Shown here: positions 46,649 through 56,581 of the stretch, one piece after another
Layout of the letters: each line of letters opens with the position of its first letter
How positions within the stretch are numbered: position 1 is the first letter of the stretch
NCBI GenBank assembly: GCA_963681965.1
Contig: OY820579.1
Span: 3,488,001-3,552,000, forward strand
Length of the DNA: 64,000 bases
Source: a bacterium
GTDB taxonomy: Bacteria; Electryoneota; JAOADG01
Direction of reading: 5' to 3'
Program-made: the position numbers and the translations under genes
Notes under the pieces: generated by a model
Database searches by the model: none
Seen by the model: the letters and a program-made list of their open reading frames with translations, nothing else
What the model was told of the DNA's origin: nothing

Positions 46649-48447
46649 TTCAGCCCGAGAACAACGCGAATCGCCTGATTGTCGCACGGGTCCTATCGCT
46701 GTGTATACTGTTGATTCTATTCGGTCGCATCTTCTATATGCAGATTATTGACCGCAATTTCTATTCGAAACGGGCACTGGCGAATTCAATCCGGATCATC
46801 GATATTCCCGGTCTACGCGGCGTACTAACCGATCGAAACGGCAAAACCATCGCCGAGAATACAGTATCCTACTCGTTATTTATCACACCGAAAGAATTCG
46901 GCAAGGACTTTTTCCGACTCCGCAAATTGTGTGAATTGTTGTCGATGGATTCGATTGTCGTACACCAGAAACTGTTTGGACCCAGTGTTCCGAAAAACCG
47001 ATCCGTGCGTGTGTTACGCGACATTTCTTTTTCCGACATTGCAAAGCTAGAAGAGATGCGTACCGAATTTCCCGGTATTTCGATCGAACAAGAAGCAAAG
47101 CGTCATTACACCGCCGGAGTCGGATCGCATTTCCTTGGGTACGTCAGTGAACCGAATGAAGAGGAAGTTACTAAGAATCCCGCGTTTCACTCTGGTACGA
47201 TGATCGGACGCAGAGGAATCGAGAAAACCTACGATTCGCTGCTGCGTGGTGTTCCGGGTGCGCGTTATCGTCTGGTCGATGTTTCAGGACGTGAGTTGGG
47301 TGCACTGGAAGAGATGCCGGATTTACCCCCGGGACCGGGTATCCCGCTCCGATTGGGGATCGATTTACGGGTTCAGGCGAAAGCCGAATCGCTGTTAGCA
47401 GGTAAAAGTGGCGCAGTCGTTGCCATCGAACCGAAGACCGGCGAAATTATCTGCCTCGCCTCTGCTCCAACATTTCCCCCGCAATTGTTCGATGGAGCGA
47501 TTTCCGGGAAAGTCTGGTCGGCACTTTCGGAAGATCCCGAAAAACCGTTATTCAATCGAGCAATGCAAGCTGCCTATCCCCCCGGTTCGACCTTCAAGAT
47601 GACCACTTTAACCGCGGGTCTTGAAAACGACGTGATCGATACGAACGCTACGATCTTTTGCGGTGGTGCAATTGCGATCGGCAACCGCGTTTTCAAGGAT
47701 TCCTACCGAAAAGGGCACGGTTCCGTGAAAGCCCAGTTGTCGATTGCCGCATCCTGCGACGTCTACTATTATGTATTGGGACAACGCGTCGGTTTGGGTC
47801 GGTTGTACGCGACCATGAATCGGCTCGGTTTTGGGAAGAAGACTGGAGTTGATCTCGATGCCGAATCGGCGGGTCTTGCTCCATCAGCAGCATGGTATGA
47901 GAAACGCGGCTACCCATGGGGTGCCGGTACGATGGCGAACCTAGGTATCGGGCAGGGTGAAATTTTGGTTACTCCGATGCAGCAAGCGTGTTATGCCTCG
48001 ATGTGGGCGAACGGTGGCTGGTATATGGTGCCGCATATCGTAGCCGCGATTGGCGACACTGCCCGAAAAGGGGAATGGAAATCGTTCCAACCGAAACGAG
48101 TTGATGTTCAATTACAACCATGGGTGGCAAGCTTTGTTCGGCGTGCAATGCGGCAAGTAGTCGAAGCGCCGAACGGCACGGCACACCGGTTTGAATCGTT
48201 GGGTTACGATGCCGCCGGTAAAACCGGTACCGCACAAAACCCGCATGGCAAGGATCACGCTTGGTTTATCTGTTTTGCACCATTCGACGATCCGAAAATT
48301 GCGATAGCCGTCTTGGTTGAAAATGCCGGTTGGGGTAGTGTGAATGCGGCGCCAATCGCGTTCGATCTGATTGGTACCTATCTTGGAAAATCGACTGCCG
48401 GTCTGGACATTGGCAATGCCGAGCAATCAAGTGGATTTGGCGAATGA
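46645..48447 (+). CDS. mrdA: Penicillin-binding protein 2
   Basis: RG.LTDRNG, YPPGSTFK (SxxK), SCD (SxD variant), KTGTAQ. Confidence 0.95.
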   Translation: MIQPENNANRLIVARVLSLCILLILFGRIFYMQIIDRNFYSKRALANSIRIIDIPGLRGVLTDRNGKTIAENTVSYSLFITPKEFGKDFFRLRKLCELLSMDSIVVHQKLFGPSVPKNRSVRVLRDISFSDIAKLEEMRTEFPGISIEQEAKRHYTAGVGSHFLGYVSEPNEEEVTKNPAFHSGTMIGRRGIEKTYDSLLRGVPGARYRLVDVSGRELGALEEMPDLPPGPGIPLRLGIDLRVQAKAESLLAGKSGAVVAIEPKTGEIICLASAPTFPPQLFDGAISGKVWSALSEDPEKPLFNRAMQAAYPPGSTFKMTTLTAGLENDVIDTNATIFCGGAIAIGNRVFKDSYRKGHGSVKAQLSIAASCDVYYYVLGQRVGLGRLYATMNRLGFGKKTGVDLDAESAGLAPSAAWYEKRGYPWGAGTMANLGIGQGEILVTPMQQACYASMWANGGWYMVPHIVAAIGDTARKGEWKSFQPKRVDVQLQPWVASFVRRAMRQVVEAPNGTAHRFESLGYDAAGKTGTAQNPHGKDHAWFICFAPFDDPKIAIAVLVENAGWGSVNAAPIAFDLIGTYLGKSTAGLDIGNAEQSSGFGE

Positions 48448-49670
48448 GAGAATTCAACGTTAAAGAGTTCGACTGGGTATCATTTGGCTGTTGGCTAGGT
48501 CTGATGGTGCTCGGTGGTCTCTGCGTCTATTCAGCCAGCCACCCCCCGATCGGCGGGATATCCGCTATCGGCAAGAGTCATTTAATCAATATTTTCCTCG
48601 GAATTGTCGTCGCTGCCATCGCCTATTTCACTCCCGTCAACCGGATCTACGATTCGGCGTATATCGCTTGGTTGGGTGCCTGTCTACTGTTAATCGGAGT
48701 CGAGATCTCAGGTAAGATGGGTCTCGGTGCGGTCCGGTGGATCGAAATCGGTGGTCTCCGCTTTCAACCGTCGGAGGTCATGAAGTTGGGCGTGATCGTT
48801 GCACTGGCGCGCTGGTTGGGTGACCGTACCGGTGAAACGACGCGAATGTCGACGATCCTGGGAGTCAGTTTAATTGCGGTATTTCCATTACTTATGGTCG
48901 CTGCACAACCGGATCTTGCCACCTCTACGATCTACCTCGCACCAGCCATCGCGATTCTGTACTGGGCAGGGTATCCCGTCTCGGGTTTCCTCGCTTTCGG
49001 TTTACCGGTTGTTTCGCTAGCATTCGGATTTAAGCCTATCTTTCTCATTATTGTCTTAATCATCGGCGCCATCGTCATTCGCTATGCCGGTGGATCGATT
49101 AAATCGATCTTTTTCAGTTTAATTGCAGGACTGACCACCGGATTTTTCGCACCTTGGTTATGGGAGAACAAGCTCCACGAATATCAGCGGAACCGGATTC
49201 TGACTTTTATCAATCCCGATTTCGATCCTTTGGGAAAAGGGTATCAGAGCATTCAGTCGAAAATCGCGATCGGAAGCGGCGGTTTCACTGGCAAAGGGTT
49301 CTTGAATGGTTCCCAAACCCAACTCGATTTCTTACCGATTCAGCATACTGATTTTGTTTTTTCGGTTCTCGCTGAAGAGTGGGGGTTTATAGGTGCTCTC
49401 TTTTTATTGATTTTGGTGGGAGTTCTATTTCTGCGGCTCTGGGGGCGGGCACATCGGTCGAAAAATCGCTTTGCCGGGCTACTTCTCGCAGGGATTCTGG
49501 GAGTGTGGGTTTATCAGATCTTTATTAATATTGCAATGACAGTAGGGATCATGCCGGTAGCGGGTATTCCGCTTCCATTTCTCTCCTATGGCGGTACATC
49601 CATGCTGATCAACTGTATGTTAATGGGATTTGCGATCAATATTTCGTCGCATTGGCGATCCTATGGATAA
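48444..49670 (+). CDS. rodA: Rod shape-determining SEDS protein RodA
   Basis: GAVRWI, QPSEVMK, QPDL, YQ..RI, GYQSIQS.IAIGSGG, HTDFVF, LPFLSYGG. Confidence 0.95.
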   Translation: MREFNVKEFDWVSFGCWLGLMVLGGLCVYSASHPPIGGISAIGKSHLINIFLGIVVAAIAYFTPVNRIYDSAYIAWLGACLLLIGVEISGKMGLGAVRWIEIGGLRFQPSEVMKLGVIVALARWLGDRTGETTRMSTILGVSLIAVFPLLMVAAQPDLATSTIYLAPAIAILYWAGYPVSGFLAFGLPVVSLAFGFKPIFLIIVLIIGAIVIRYAGGSIKSIFFSLIAGLTTGFFAPWLWENKLHEYQRNRILTFINPDFDPLGKGYQSIQSKIAIGSGGFTGKGFLNGSQTQLDFLPIQHTDFVFSVLAEEWGFIGALFLLILVGVLFLRLWGRAHRSKNRFAGLLLAGILGVWVYQIFINIAMTVGIMPVAGIPLPFLSYGGTSMLINCMLMGFAINISSHWRSYG

Positions 49671-49718
49671 TCGATATTTTTTATTATCGATTTAACGTCG
49701 TTATCTTTTCAGATCCAC

Positions 49719-49747
49719 TTGCTACGGAATATCAATCTGATTATCTT
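49719..49747 (+). promoter_or_regulatory. Putative sigma-70-type promoter for the pgs operon
   Basis: TTGCTA-N17-TATCTT about 265 bp upstream of pgsB. Confidence 0.35.
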
Positions 49748-50011
49748 TTCGACGGTTCCAAATTTATTCGTCGAAGAAGCTCTGCCTTGCAAACAGATTG
49801 GGAACTGCATCCCTCCTATTTGCTGATTCGGCGGTTCTGCGACGGTCGCAGGTTGGATCGATTCGTACGGTAAGTATTTTGTTGAAGTGCGATCGTTCTT
49901 GATCGACGGTCTGACCGCCCGAAGACCAGTCTCCGGCGGTTCTCCTACGGTTATTCGATCGTTGCGGCTGATAACGTCTTAATTAATTGTATTGGAAGTG
50001 AGATTCGATCG

Positions 50012-51208
50012 GTGCTTGCTGTCTGCCTACTTCTAATCATACTTCTGGCGTGGTGGATTTTCGAATTCATCCAGCACCAGAAACGCATCCTCTCAATCCC
50101 GGTTCGGGTACACGTCAATGGTACGCGCGGGAAATCCTCGGTCGTTCGACTGATTGCGGCTGGCTTGCGTGCCGGCGGCAAGAAGACGCTTGCTAAAACC
50201 ACTGGAACTCTTCCCCGCATTATCGATGAAAACGGACTTGAAATCGCCATCAATCGTCGAGCCGGTGCGAACATTCTGGAACAACTCAAGATTATCAAAT
50301 TTATTTCGAAACGGAAACCCGATGCGCTGGTGATCGAGTGCATGGCGGTGCAACCGGAATATCAATGGATTTGCGAACACCGCATTGTTCACGCCACTCA
50401 CGGCGTTTGCACGAATGCGCGCCCCGACCACCTCAATGAAATGGGTCCGTCGGTTGAAAATGTCGCACGTTCGCTTTCCAATACTGTTCCGGTGAAAGCT
50501 AAATTTTTCACTGCCGAATCGAAGCTTGCGCATATCTTCGAAAATGTTGCTAAAAAACGGCAGACTGATATTACAATTACTATTCCGAGCCGATGCGTAA
50601 TTGCCGATGGCGTGACGCAAGAGGATATCGCCGGTTTCAGTTATGTCGAACATCCCGATAACGTCGCATTGGCACTCACAGTTTGCGATTCATTGGGCAT
50701 TTCGAAAAAAGTAGCCCTGAAGGGAATGCATGAATGTTTTCCCGATTCCGGCGCGCTAAAGATTTACCGTTGCGAGCATAAAGGGAAGTGGTGTCGGTTC
50801 GTCAATGCGATGGCAGCAAACGATCCGGAATCAACTTTAATGATTTGGCAGAAGGCGATGGAGCGGTACGACAACAACATGGGTACCCGCGTCGTTATGC
50901 TCAATACCCGCGCCGACCGGTTCGACCGTTCGTTACAACTGGTTCAGATGACCGGTGAAGGGATCGAACACGATTGGTTTTTCTCGATCGGTGAGCGCAC
51001 GGATCGATTATTGGTACATTTTGCGAAATACGGGATTCCGGTAGAGCGAGTCGTCACATTGGGGATTACAAAGCCGGAAACGATTTACGAAGCGATCTTC
51101 GAGAAAATCGGTCCCGATGGTGGTACGATCATCGGTATTGGCAATGTCGGTGCCGGTGGATTGGCAGTCGCGAATCTTTTCCGAGATCGGAGGGTTGGCA
51201 TTGATTGA
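50012..51208 (+). CDS. pgsB: Poly-gamma-glutamate synthase PgsB/CapB
   Basis: IPVRVHVNGTRGKSS, AKTTGT, ANILEQ, ECMAVQP, N.RPDHL..MGP, AANDPEST, N.RADR.DRS. Confidence 0.95.
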   Translation: MLAVCLLLIILLAWWIFEFIQHQKRILSIPVRVHVNGTRGKSSVVRLIAAGLRAGGKKTLAKTTGTLPRIIDENGLEIAINRRAGANILEQLKIIKFISKRKPDALVIECMAVQPEYQWICEHRIVHATHGVCTNARPDHLNEMGPSVENVARSLSNTVPVKAKFFTAESKLAHIFENVAKKRQTDITITIPSRCVIADGVTQEDIAGFSYVEHPDNVALALTVCDSLGISKKVALKGMHECFPDSGALKIYRCEHKGKWCRFVNAMAANDPESTLMIWQKAMERYDNNMGTRVVMLNTRADRFDRSLQLVQMTGEGIEHDWFFSIGERTDRLLVHFAKYGIPVERVVTLGITKPETIYEAIFEKIGPDGGTIIGIGNVGAGGLAVANLFRDRRVGID

Positions 51209-51656
51209 GGCAACAGTAGGCTTGGGCGTGGTGCTCTCGCTCTTGTTTCAGGAATCGTTGGGAGTCGCAGCCGGTGGTATCGTCGTGCCCGGTTACGTTG
51301 CGTTGCAATTGAATCAACCGCTAGCGATTATTGCGACATTCGTCGTCAGTTTTCTGGTCTGGGGTATGCTCCGGATCCTGTCGAAATTCATCTTTTTGTT
51401 TGGACGCCGACGACTAGTATTGTCGATCTTGTTGGGTTTCATTTTCGGGTATCTCTCACGACAGTTGGTGCTCTCGCATTCGTTACCGATCGACCCCGGT
51501 CTGCAAGCGATCGGATTTGTCGTACCCGGTTTGATTGCAAACTGGATGGAACGACAAGGCATATTGAAGACGATTTCCGCGGTATTGATTTGTGCAGTAA
51601 CAACACGATTGCTGGTAATGGTTGCTTCGGGTGGGAGGTTCTTCCCCCATGTCTAG
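51201..51656 (+). CDS. pgsC: Poly-gamma-glutamate biosynthesis protein PgsC/CapC
   Basis: AGGIVVPGYVAL, LFGRRR, IGFVVPGLIANW..RQG; TTG start at 51201 after GGAGG. Confidence 0.93.
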   Translation: MIEATVGLGVVLSLLFQESLGVAAGGIVVPGYVALQLNQPLAIIATFVVSFLVWGMLRILSKFIFLFGRRRLVLSILLGFIFGYLSRQLVLSHSLPIDPGLQAIGFVVPGLIANWMERQGILKTISAVLICAVTTRLLVMVASGGRFFPHV

Positions 51657-52797
51657 CAAACCCGATACCTCGATGTTTAAACCGTCGTTACGCAGTCCCA
51701 AATGGTTGGTATTCCTGGCAACGATCGCTGTCGGTTTGTTTCTGTTGGCTGAATTCTCGCGCCGACCGGTGCAACTCCCCGATTACGAAGTCAAATTGGA
51801 TGCTGCGAAGCGGATGAATGCCGCCATTGCCGAATTACGCAATTCTCGACTTGGTACCGAATTCAAGACCGATAATATCAACGATCCGAATCGCTCGACA
51901 TTAGTCGGACGCCAGGAATCGAGCATCACTACCGAAGATGGCGCATTGGAATCGGTGCTGACTTCGATCAATCCAAATATGGCTAGTGCGGTCGTCAGCT
52001 ATCTAAAAGAAGCCCATCTTAATACCGGTGACAAAGTCGCTGTCACTCTGAACGGTTCTTATCCCGGACTGAACATTGCCACTATTTGCGCGTTAGAAGC
52101 AATGCAATTGGATCCGGTGATCATTTCCAGTGTCGGTTCCGCACAATGGGGTGCGAACGATCCGAATTTTACCTGGCTCGATATGGAAACGGTGCTGTTC
52201 CGCACCGGCAAGATTTCGCACCACTCGTTGATGGCATCGATCGGTGGCGGCGGCGACTACGGTCGTGGTCTTTCGGATCGCGGTCGGCAATTGTTGCGCG
52301 ATGCGATTACCCGAAACAACATCGAGAAGCTGGAAGTATCGACGCTCGACTCTTCGATCAGTATGCGTGTCGCCCGATTCGATCGTGAGTGCGGCGGTCA
52401 GCCAAAACTCTTTATCGCAGTTGGTGGTGGTGCAGCAGCAATCGGACATACCGAAAATACCTGGTTAATTCCAACCGGTTTCTATGCCAATCTGCCGGCA
52501 CGCAATTATCCCAATATCGGTGTATTGCATATTTTTGCCGAAAAAGGGGTACCGTTTATTCATCTCTACGATACCCGTACGATCGCAACCGAATTTGAAT
52601 TACCGAAGTCTCCCGTACCACTTCCGGAACCCGGACAGGGGGGTGTCTTTGAAACGATGCGGTACGACGTTCGCGTCGCCGCTGGTGCGTTGGTTTTATT
52701 CCTGATCATTATCGGATTCGTGATCAATCACGACCGGAAACAGTATGTCTTGAAAGAAGAAGGCGCCGATCCCGATACTTTGCCGATTGCGAAGTAA
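51649..52797 (+). CDS. pgsW: Poly-gamma-glutamate system protein PgsW-like
   Basis: DPNRS.LVG...S.ITT..G.LE...TS.NPN, GSYPGLN.A, SVGSAQWGANDP.FTW.DME; follows pgsBC. Confidence 0.82.
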   Translation: MSSKPDTSMFKPSLRSPKWLVFLATIAVGLFLLAEFSRRPVQLPDYEVKLDAAKRMNAAIAELRNSRLGTEFKTDNINDPNRSTLVGRQESSITTEDGALESVLTSINPNMASAVVSYLKEAHLNTGDKVAVTLNGSYPGLNIATICALEAMQLDPVIISSVGSAQWGANDPNFTWLDMETVLFRTGKISHHSLMASIGGGGDYGRGLSDRGRQLLRDAITRNNIEKLEVSTLDSSISMRVARFDRECGGQPKLFIAVGGGAAAIGHTENTWLIPTGFYANLPARNYPNIGVLHIFAEKGVPFIHLYDTRTIATEFELPKSPVPLPEPGQGGVFETMRYDVRVAAGALVLFLIIIGFVINHDRKQYVLKEEGADPDTLPIAK

Positions 52798-52925
52798 TCG
52801 ACCGTTTGCATTTTGATTTTGACGGATTGCGAAATCATCAATAATCGCAATTCATCGCTGGTGTATCGGCAGGATTTTATCGTACAATTTAGTAGGTACA
52901 TGCTTTGCCTCAGGAGGATTTTAGT

Positions 52926-53822
52926 ATGAAACGAACCGCCGCCGCGTTGCTTATAACTGCGATTTTGACCGGCGCCGTTTTTGCAGCGCAATGGCAGGTG
53001 ATCGAACCGGCAGCCAATTCGAAAACCGGGTTGCCAGTTACCACCGGTGGTAAATTACTGCGATATTCGATTTCGAATTTGAGCAAACCGTTGACAATTA
53101 TGGTTGATGGACCGACCGTAGTACGCGCGAAGGTGCGTGTACCCGCAACGACTGCAGTCCGCGAATTCAAAGTCGTCGCAGTTCTGGACGGCAGCGTACC
53201 TGCTGAATTTACGCAGGCAGCCATGGCTTCCAAGGATATGGAAGGTCCGAACGGCATGAAGCTTTCGATGTCGAAGGATATCGATTTCAAGATTCCCGAC
53301 GGAAAACATTCATTAACTCTTCGACCTGCGAGCAACGATACTTCGACGCTCTGTTTCCGCGTGTATAAACGAGTGCTTGCGGCAGGGGAACCGTCGCAGT
53401 GGCAAGCGATCGCACCGCGTGGTTTTGCAGCGTTAGTCGGCGTTGTAGTGCGGGAAAAAGAGACGACGTATTACCGTCAAACCAGCGCAAATGCACAGGA
53501 ACTGCGCTTGGTCGGACCGACTGCAGTACGAATTCTGTCGCGTGCCGAAGTACCCGGCGGCGATATGGAACGTGTCATCAAATGGCGTGTGGAAGTGAAA
53601 GCCGATGGCAAATCGCTGGGCGTGTTCCCTTGCGAACAGCAGGTTAGTAGCATTGCCGGACACTCGACTCAGAGCGAATCCGTGCTTACTGCTGCAGCAC
53701 CAATTAATGTTACAATCCCGGAAGGGAAACACACGGTCACAATCCATCTGCTTGATTCCGATTTAAACGTGGTCAACCGGGTTTTGATTCCGTCGAAGGC
53801 ACTTAAAAACACTGCCAAGTAG
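52926..53822 (+). CDS. Exported protein with two tandem homologous beta-sandwich-like domains
   Basis: Signal peptide (VFA-A); internal duplication WQVIEP..GPTVVR..IPDGKHSL and WQAIAP..GPTAVR..IPEGKHTV; AGGAGG RBS. Confidence 0.75.
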   Translation: MKRTAAALLITAILTGAVFAAQWQVIEPAANSKTGLPVTTGGKLLRYSISNLSKPLTIMVDGPTVVRAKVRVPATTAVREFKVVAVLDGSVPAEFTQAAMASKDMEGPNGMKLSMSKDIDFKIPDGKHSLTLRPASNDTSTLCFRVYKRVLAAGEPSQWQAIAPRGFAALVGVVVREKETTYYRQTSANAQELRLVGPTAVRILSRAEVPGGDMERVIKWRVEVKADGKSLGVFPCEQQVSSIAGHSTQSESVLTAAAPINVTIPEGKHTVTIHLLDSDLNVVNRVLIPSKALKNTAK

Positions 53823-53884
53823 AGGGGTTGTCGGATGCCCTCCGGTTGCTGTGATCCGCTTACCTGTAGTGAGGAGGAACAACA

Positions 53885-55003
53885 ATGAAAATTCGCATTT
53901 ACTGGATTCCGGTTTTCTTGGCGATTGCGTTTGTTGGTTCTGCGTTTGCTGCCAAGAAACAGACTGGTCCTTATGATTTCAGTCATCCACGTGGTAGTGA
54001 TCGAAGTCGATTAAGACTCTATTTCGAATATTCGCCGGAGTACAATTCCAATGTACTCCGGTACTCGTCTTACGACGAGAACCGCTTCGACGATGGTGTC
54101 GAACCGCACCCGTCGCCGGTCGCATCGCTTAGCCAATGGCGTCAGCAGTTGGCGTTTCGCGGCAGTTACTCGAAGAAACTATTCCTCAATCGAACCACAA
54201 TCTTTAGCGGTTCCTATCGCGTGAATATGTTCCCACAAGCTAGCGTACTGAATTATCAAAGCCTGTATTTTCAGGTCGAGCAATCGATTCTTCCGCGGCT
54301 CGGCGTGAAAGTCGCTTACAACTATCTCAACGATTTCATGCTCCGCAATTTTGTCGATCGCGACACGAAATTGTGGGAATCAGCGCGCTTCGATCAGAAC
54401 GAATATTCGTTCAAATTCCCGATTACCGTCACTCCACAACTTGAAATTGAACCGTATGCACAGTGGCGAGTACTCTATTACAACAAGTACTTCACTGAGT
54501 TCGATATGTCCGGTAGGAGCTGGGGCGCGGGAGCGACCTATAAATTCGATAAGTTTGCCGAAGTAACTTCAGCTTACGAATATGGCATCATGGACAATAA
54601 CGGTGCCGAGCGGGAATTCGATATCGCTCCGATCGATCCAATTTCACTCGATAGCGAATACGGCGACGGCAGCTACAAGGAAGATGAATTCCGGCTGGGT
54701 GCATCGGTCAATCCCGAAATGGGCGTAATGGGCAAAGTGAAAGTCGGCGTCGATTATTGTTACCGACATCGGGTTTATACCTCTTCTTATAGTCTGATCG
54801 ACGATCCATTCCACGCCGGACGCAAACACAATTACAACCGGTATGGCTTTGAAATTGGTGGCGATCCGATGCAATCGACGACGCTGACGTTCCGTTTGGA
54901 AACCGAACAGCGCAGCTCAACTTCACCGGAACCGAAAGTACCACTTTACAAGGATTACAAGGCGACCAAGGTCGGCGTGACACTATCGTATCGGCTCAAA
55001 TAG
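53885..55003 (+). CDS. Putative outer-membrane beta-barrel protein
   Basis: Signal peptide (AFA-A); Tyr-rich amphipathic strands; YNSNV motif; C-terminal VGVTLSYRLK. Confidence 0.7.
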   Translation: MKIRIYWIPVFLAIAFVGSAFAAKKQTGPYDFSHPRGSDRSRLRLYFEYSPEYNSNVLRYSSYDENRFDDGVEPHPSPVASLSQWRQQLAFRGSYSKKLFLNRTTIFSGSYRVNMFPQASVLNYQSLYFQVEQSILPRLGVKVAYNYLNDFMLRNFVDRDTKLWESARFDQNEYSFKFPITVTPQLEIEPYAQWRVLYYNKYFTEFDMSGRSWGAGATYKFDKFAEVTSAYEYGIMDNNGAEREFDIAPIDPISLDSEYGDGSYKEDEFRLGASVNPEMGVMGKVKVGVDYCYRHRVYTSSYSLIDDPFHAGRKHNYNRYGFEIGGDPMQSTTLTFRLETEQRSSTSPEPKVPLYKDYKATKVGVTLSYRLK

Positions 55004-55026
55004 AAGTATTCATTTTTCTAATTTAA

Positions 55027-55056
55027 ACGGGACGTAGCGCTACGTCCCGTATTTTT
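55027..55056. terminator. Terminator between convergent genes
   Basis: Perfect palindrome ACGGGACGTAGCGCTACGTCCCGT followed by a T-rich tail. Confidence 0.7.
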
Positions 55057-55082
55057 CATCTACATAGTCAGTCGATTTCACT

Positions 55083-55646
55083 TTAGCGAACTAGATGTTC
55101 GCGATCATAGTGCGTTGTATCGGTTTTCCGAACATACGGCACGAAGAAATTCATCTGAATCATTGCATCGATAGGTTCGGTTAGATTGTCCGGTAACATG
55201 AATTGCCATTCGGAGATTTGATCGCAGATACACTCTTCTACCGATTTACCTATCACCGCATCTGTCCATTTACTATCTTCGAGTCGGATCGAAGCGACTT
55301 TACCCGTTGGCTTGATGTTCACCCGAAGTGTGATATCTCCTGCTAGATTGGGATCCTGTTTAATCTGATCGAGGTAGCACTGCTTGATTTTTTTGTATCG
55401 AATTCCTCGCGAGACCGATTGGATTGTATTCGAATCGATCACTTCGGAATTCGATAATGACTTTACCTTCACGATTTTAATATCAATCTTCGATATCTTA
55501 TTCAAGGAATCGATTTGGTGCGGTGTGGGAAAACCTCGCTTGTTTCGCAGAATATCTTCTTCCGCTTGACAATATCTGGAGTTAACCAATGTAAAAAGTA
55601 GTAATCCGGATGAGATAATTAAGAACTGCTTGAAATGTTTTTTCAT
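55083..55646 (-). CDS. TonB C-terminal-like (AgmX/PglI-type) domain protein
   Basis: IKQCY...K.DPNLAG.I.L...I.PTGKV...VEECI...I..WQF. Confidence 0.75.
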   Translation of the reverse strand: MKKHFKQFLIISSGLLLFTLVNSRYCQAEEDILRNKRGFPTPHQIDSLNKISKIDIKIVKVKSLSNSEVIDSNTIQSVSRGIRYKKIKQCYLDQIKQDPNLAGDITLRVNIKPTGKVASIRLEDSKWTDAVIGKSVEECICDQISEWQFMLPDNLTEPIDAMIQMNFFVPYVRKTDTTHYDREHLVR

Positions 55647-56148
55647 GGATGCTCCAGTTTGAAAGAGTGGAGAGTGTTTTTTGGATATCTTATCTTGTAG
55701 TAACCATATAGTATAGATGTTAACTCGTATCGAGCAAAATCTTCTGGCGAAACTGTAACAACAACCGATCGATCATCAGTATGATAGTCAGTTGCGTTCG
55801 GTCACCTGTTCATTAATTCAATTTTCCAATCCCAATTACAATTACTGACTATATCGAAAGCATTTTTTAACTCTCTAGTAAGCATAAACATAACAATCGT
55901 ATCGATATTTAAAACATAATTCTGCAGATTTAATTATTAAAACAAATTATTCGTATATCTAGTAAATCCACCTAAAAAGAAAAATACCCAAGAGGTTTTT
56001 ACTACATTTCCTGCTCTACTATTTGCGAAATTCAATTTCCCATTTTATCGACAACTGGAGTTAAATCTTGTATCAATGACAGTTTGTAGGTTATAATAGA
56101 ACGTTGAAGTCGGATCTGAATTCCGATTCAGTCATCGCAGGAGCAGTA

Positions 56149-56553
56149 ATGTCGCTTATCGAATGGGACGACAGCTTATCAGTCGGCTTTGAGTATCTGG
56201 ATATGCAACACCAGCGCTGGATCGTGATCATGAACGATCTGGTCGACGCCGTCAAACAAGATGAGGAAGCGACTTCCATCGGCAATATTGTCACGGAATT
56301 GAGCCGATACACAATTACCCATTTCAATACCGAAGAGCAGTTGATGGAGTCGTATGGTTTTCCGCTATTCGATGAGCATGTACTGGAACATGATGAAATC
56401 AAACAGACCATTTCGCGGATCAAATTTCAATACGATCAGGGTGAAACGGTTGACGCGATCGAGTTAATGATTTTCTTAAAGCAGTGGTTGGCAAATCATT
56501 TTCTGCAAACCGACAAATTGTTAGGCAGTTATTTAGCCGAACACCAAGAGTAG
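56149..56553 (+). CDS. Bacteriohemerythrin
   Basis: W.D.LSVG...LD.QH, YT.THF..EE.LM, H..EH, WL.NH...D; AGGAG RBS before MSLIEW. Confidence 0.9.
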   Translation: MSLIEWDDSLSVGFEYLDMQHQRWIVIMNDLVDAVKQDEEATSIGNIVTELSRYTITHFNTEEQLMESYGFPLFDEHVLEHDEIKQTISRIKFQYDQGETVDAIELMIFLKQWLANHFLQTDKLLGSYLAEHQE

Positions 56554-56581
56554 CAGTACTTCCCACCGGGTCGACCACATT

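Noticed and set aside
56045-56072. Second sigma-28-like motif (CAAG-N14-GTCGATAA, minus strand)
   Set aside because: Imperfect spacing and about 400 bp from the nearest start; TCGA-containing words are very common in this genome.
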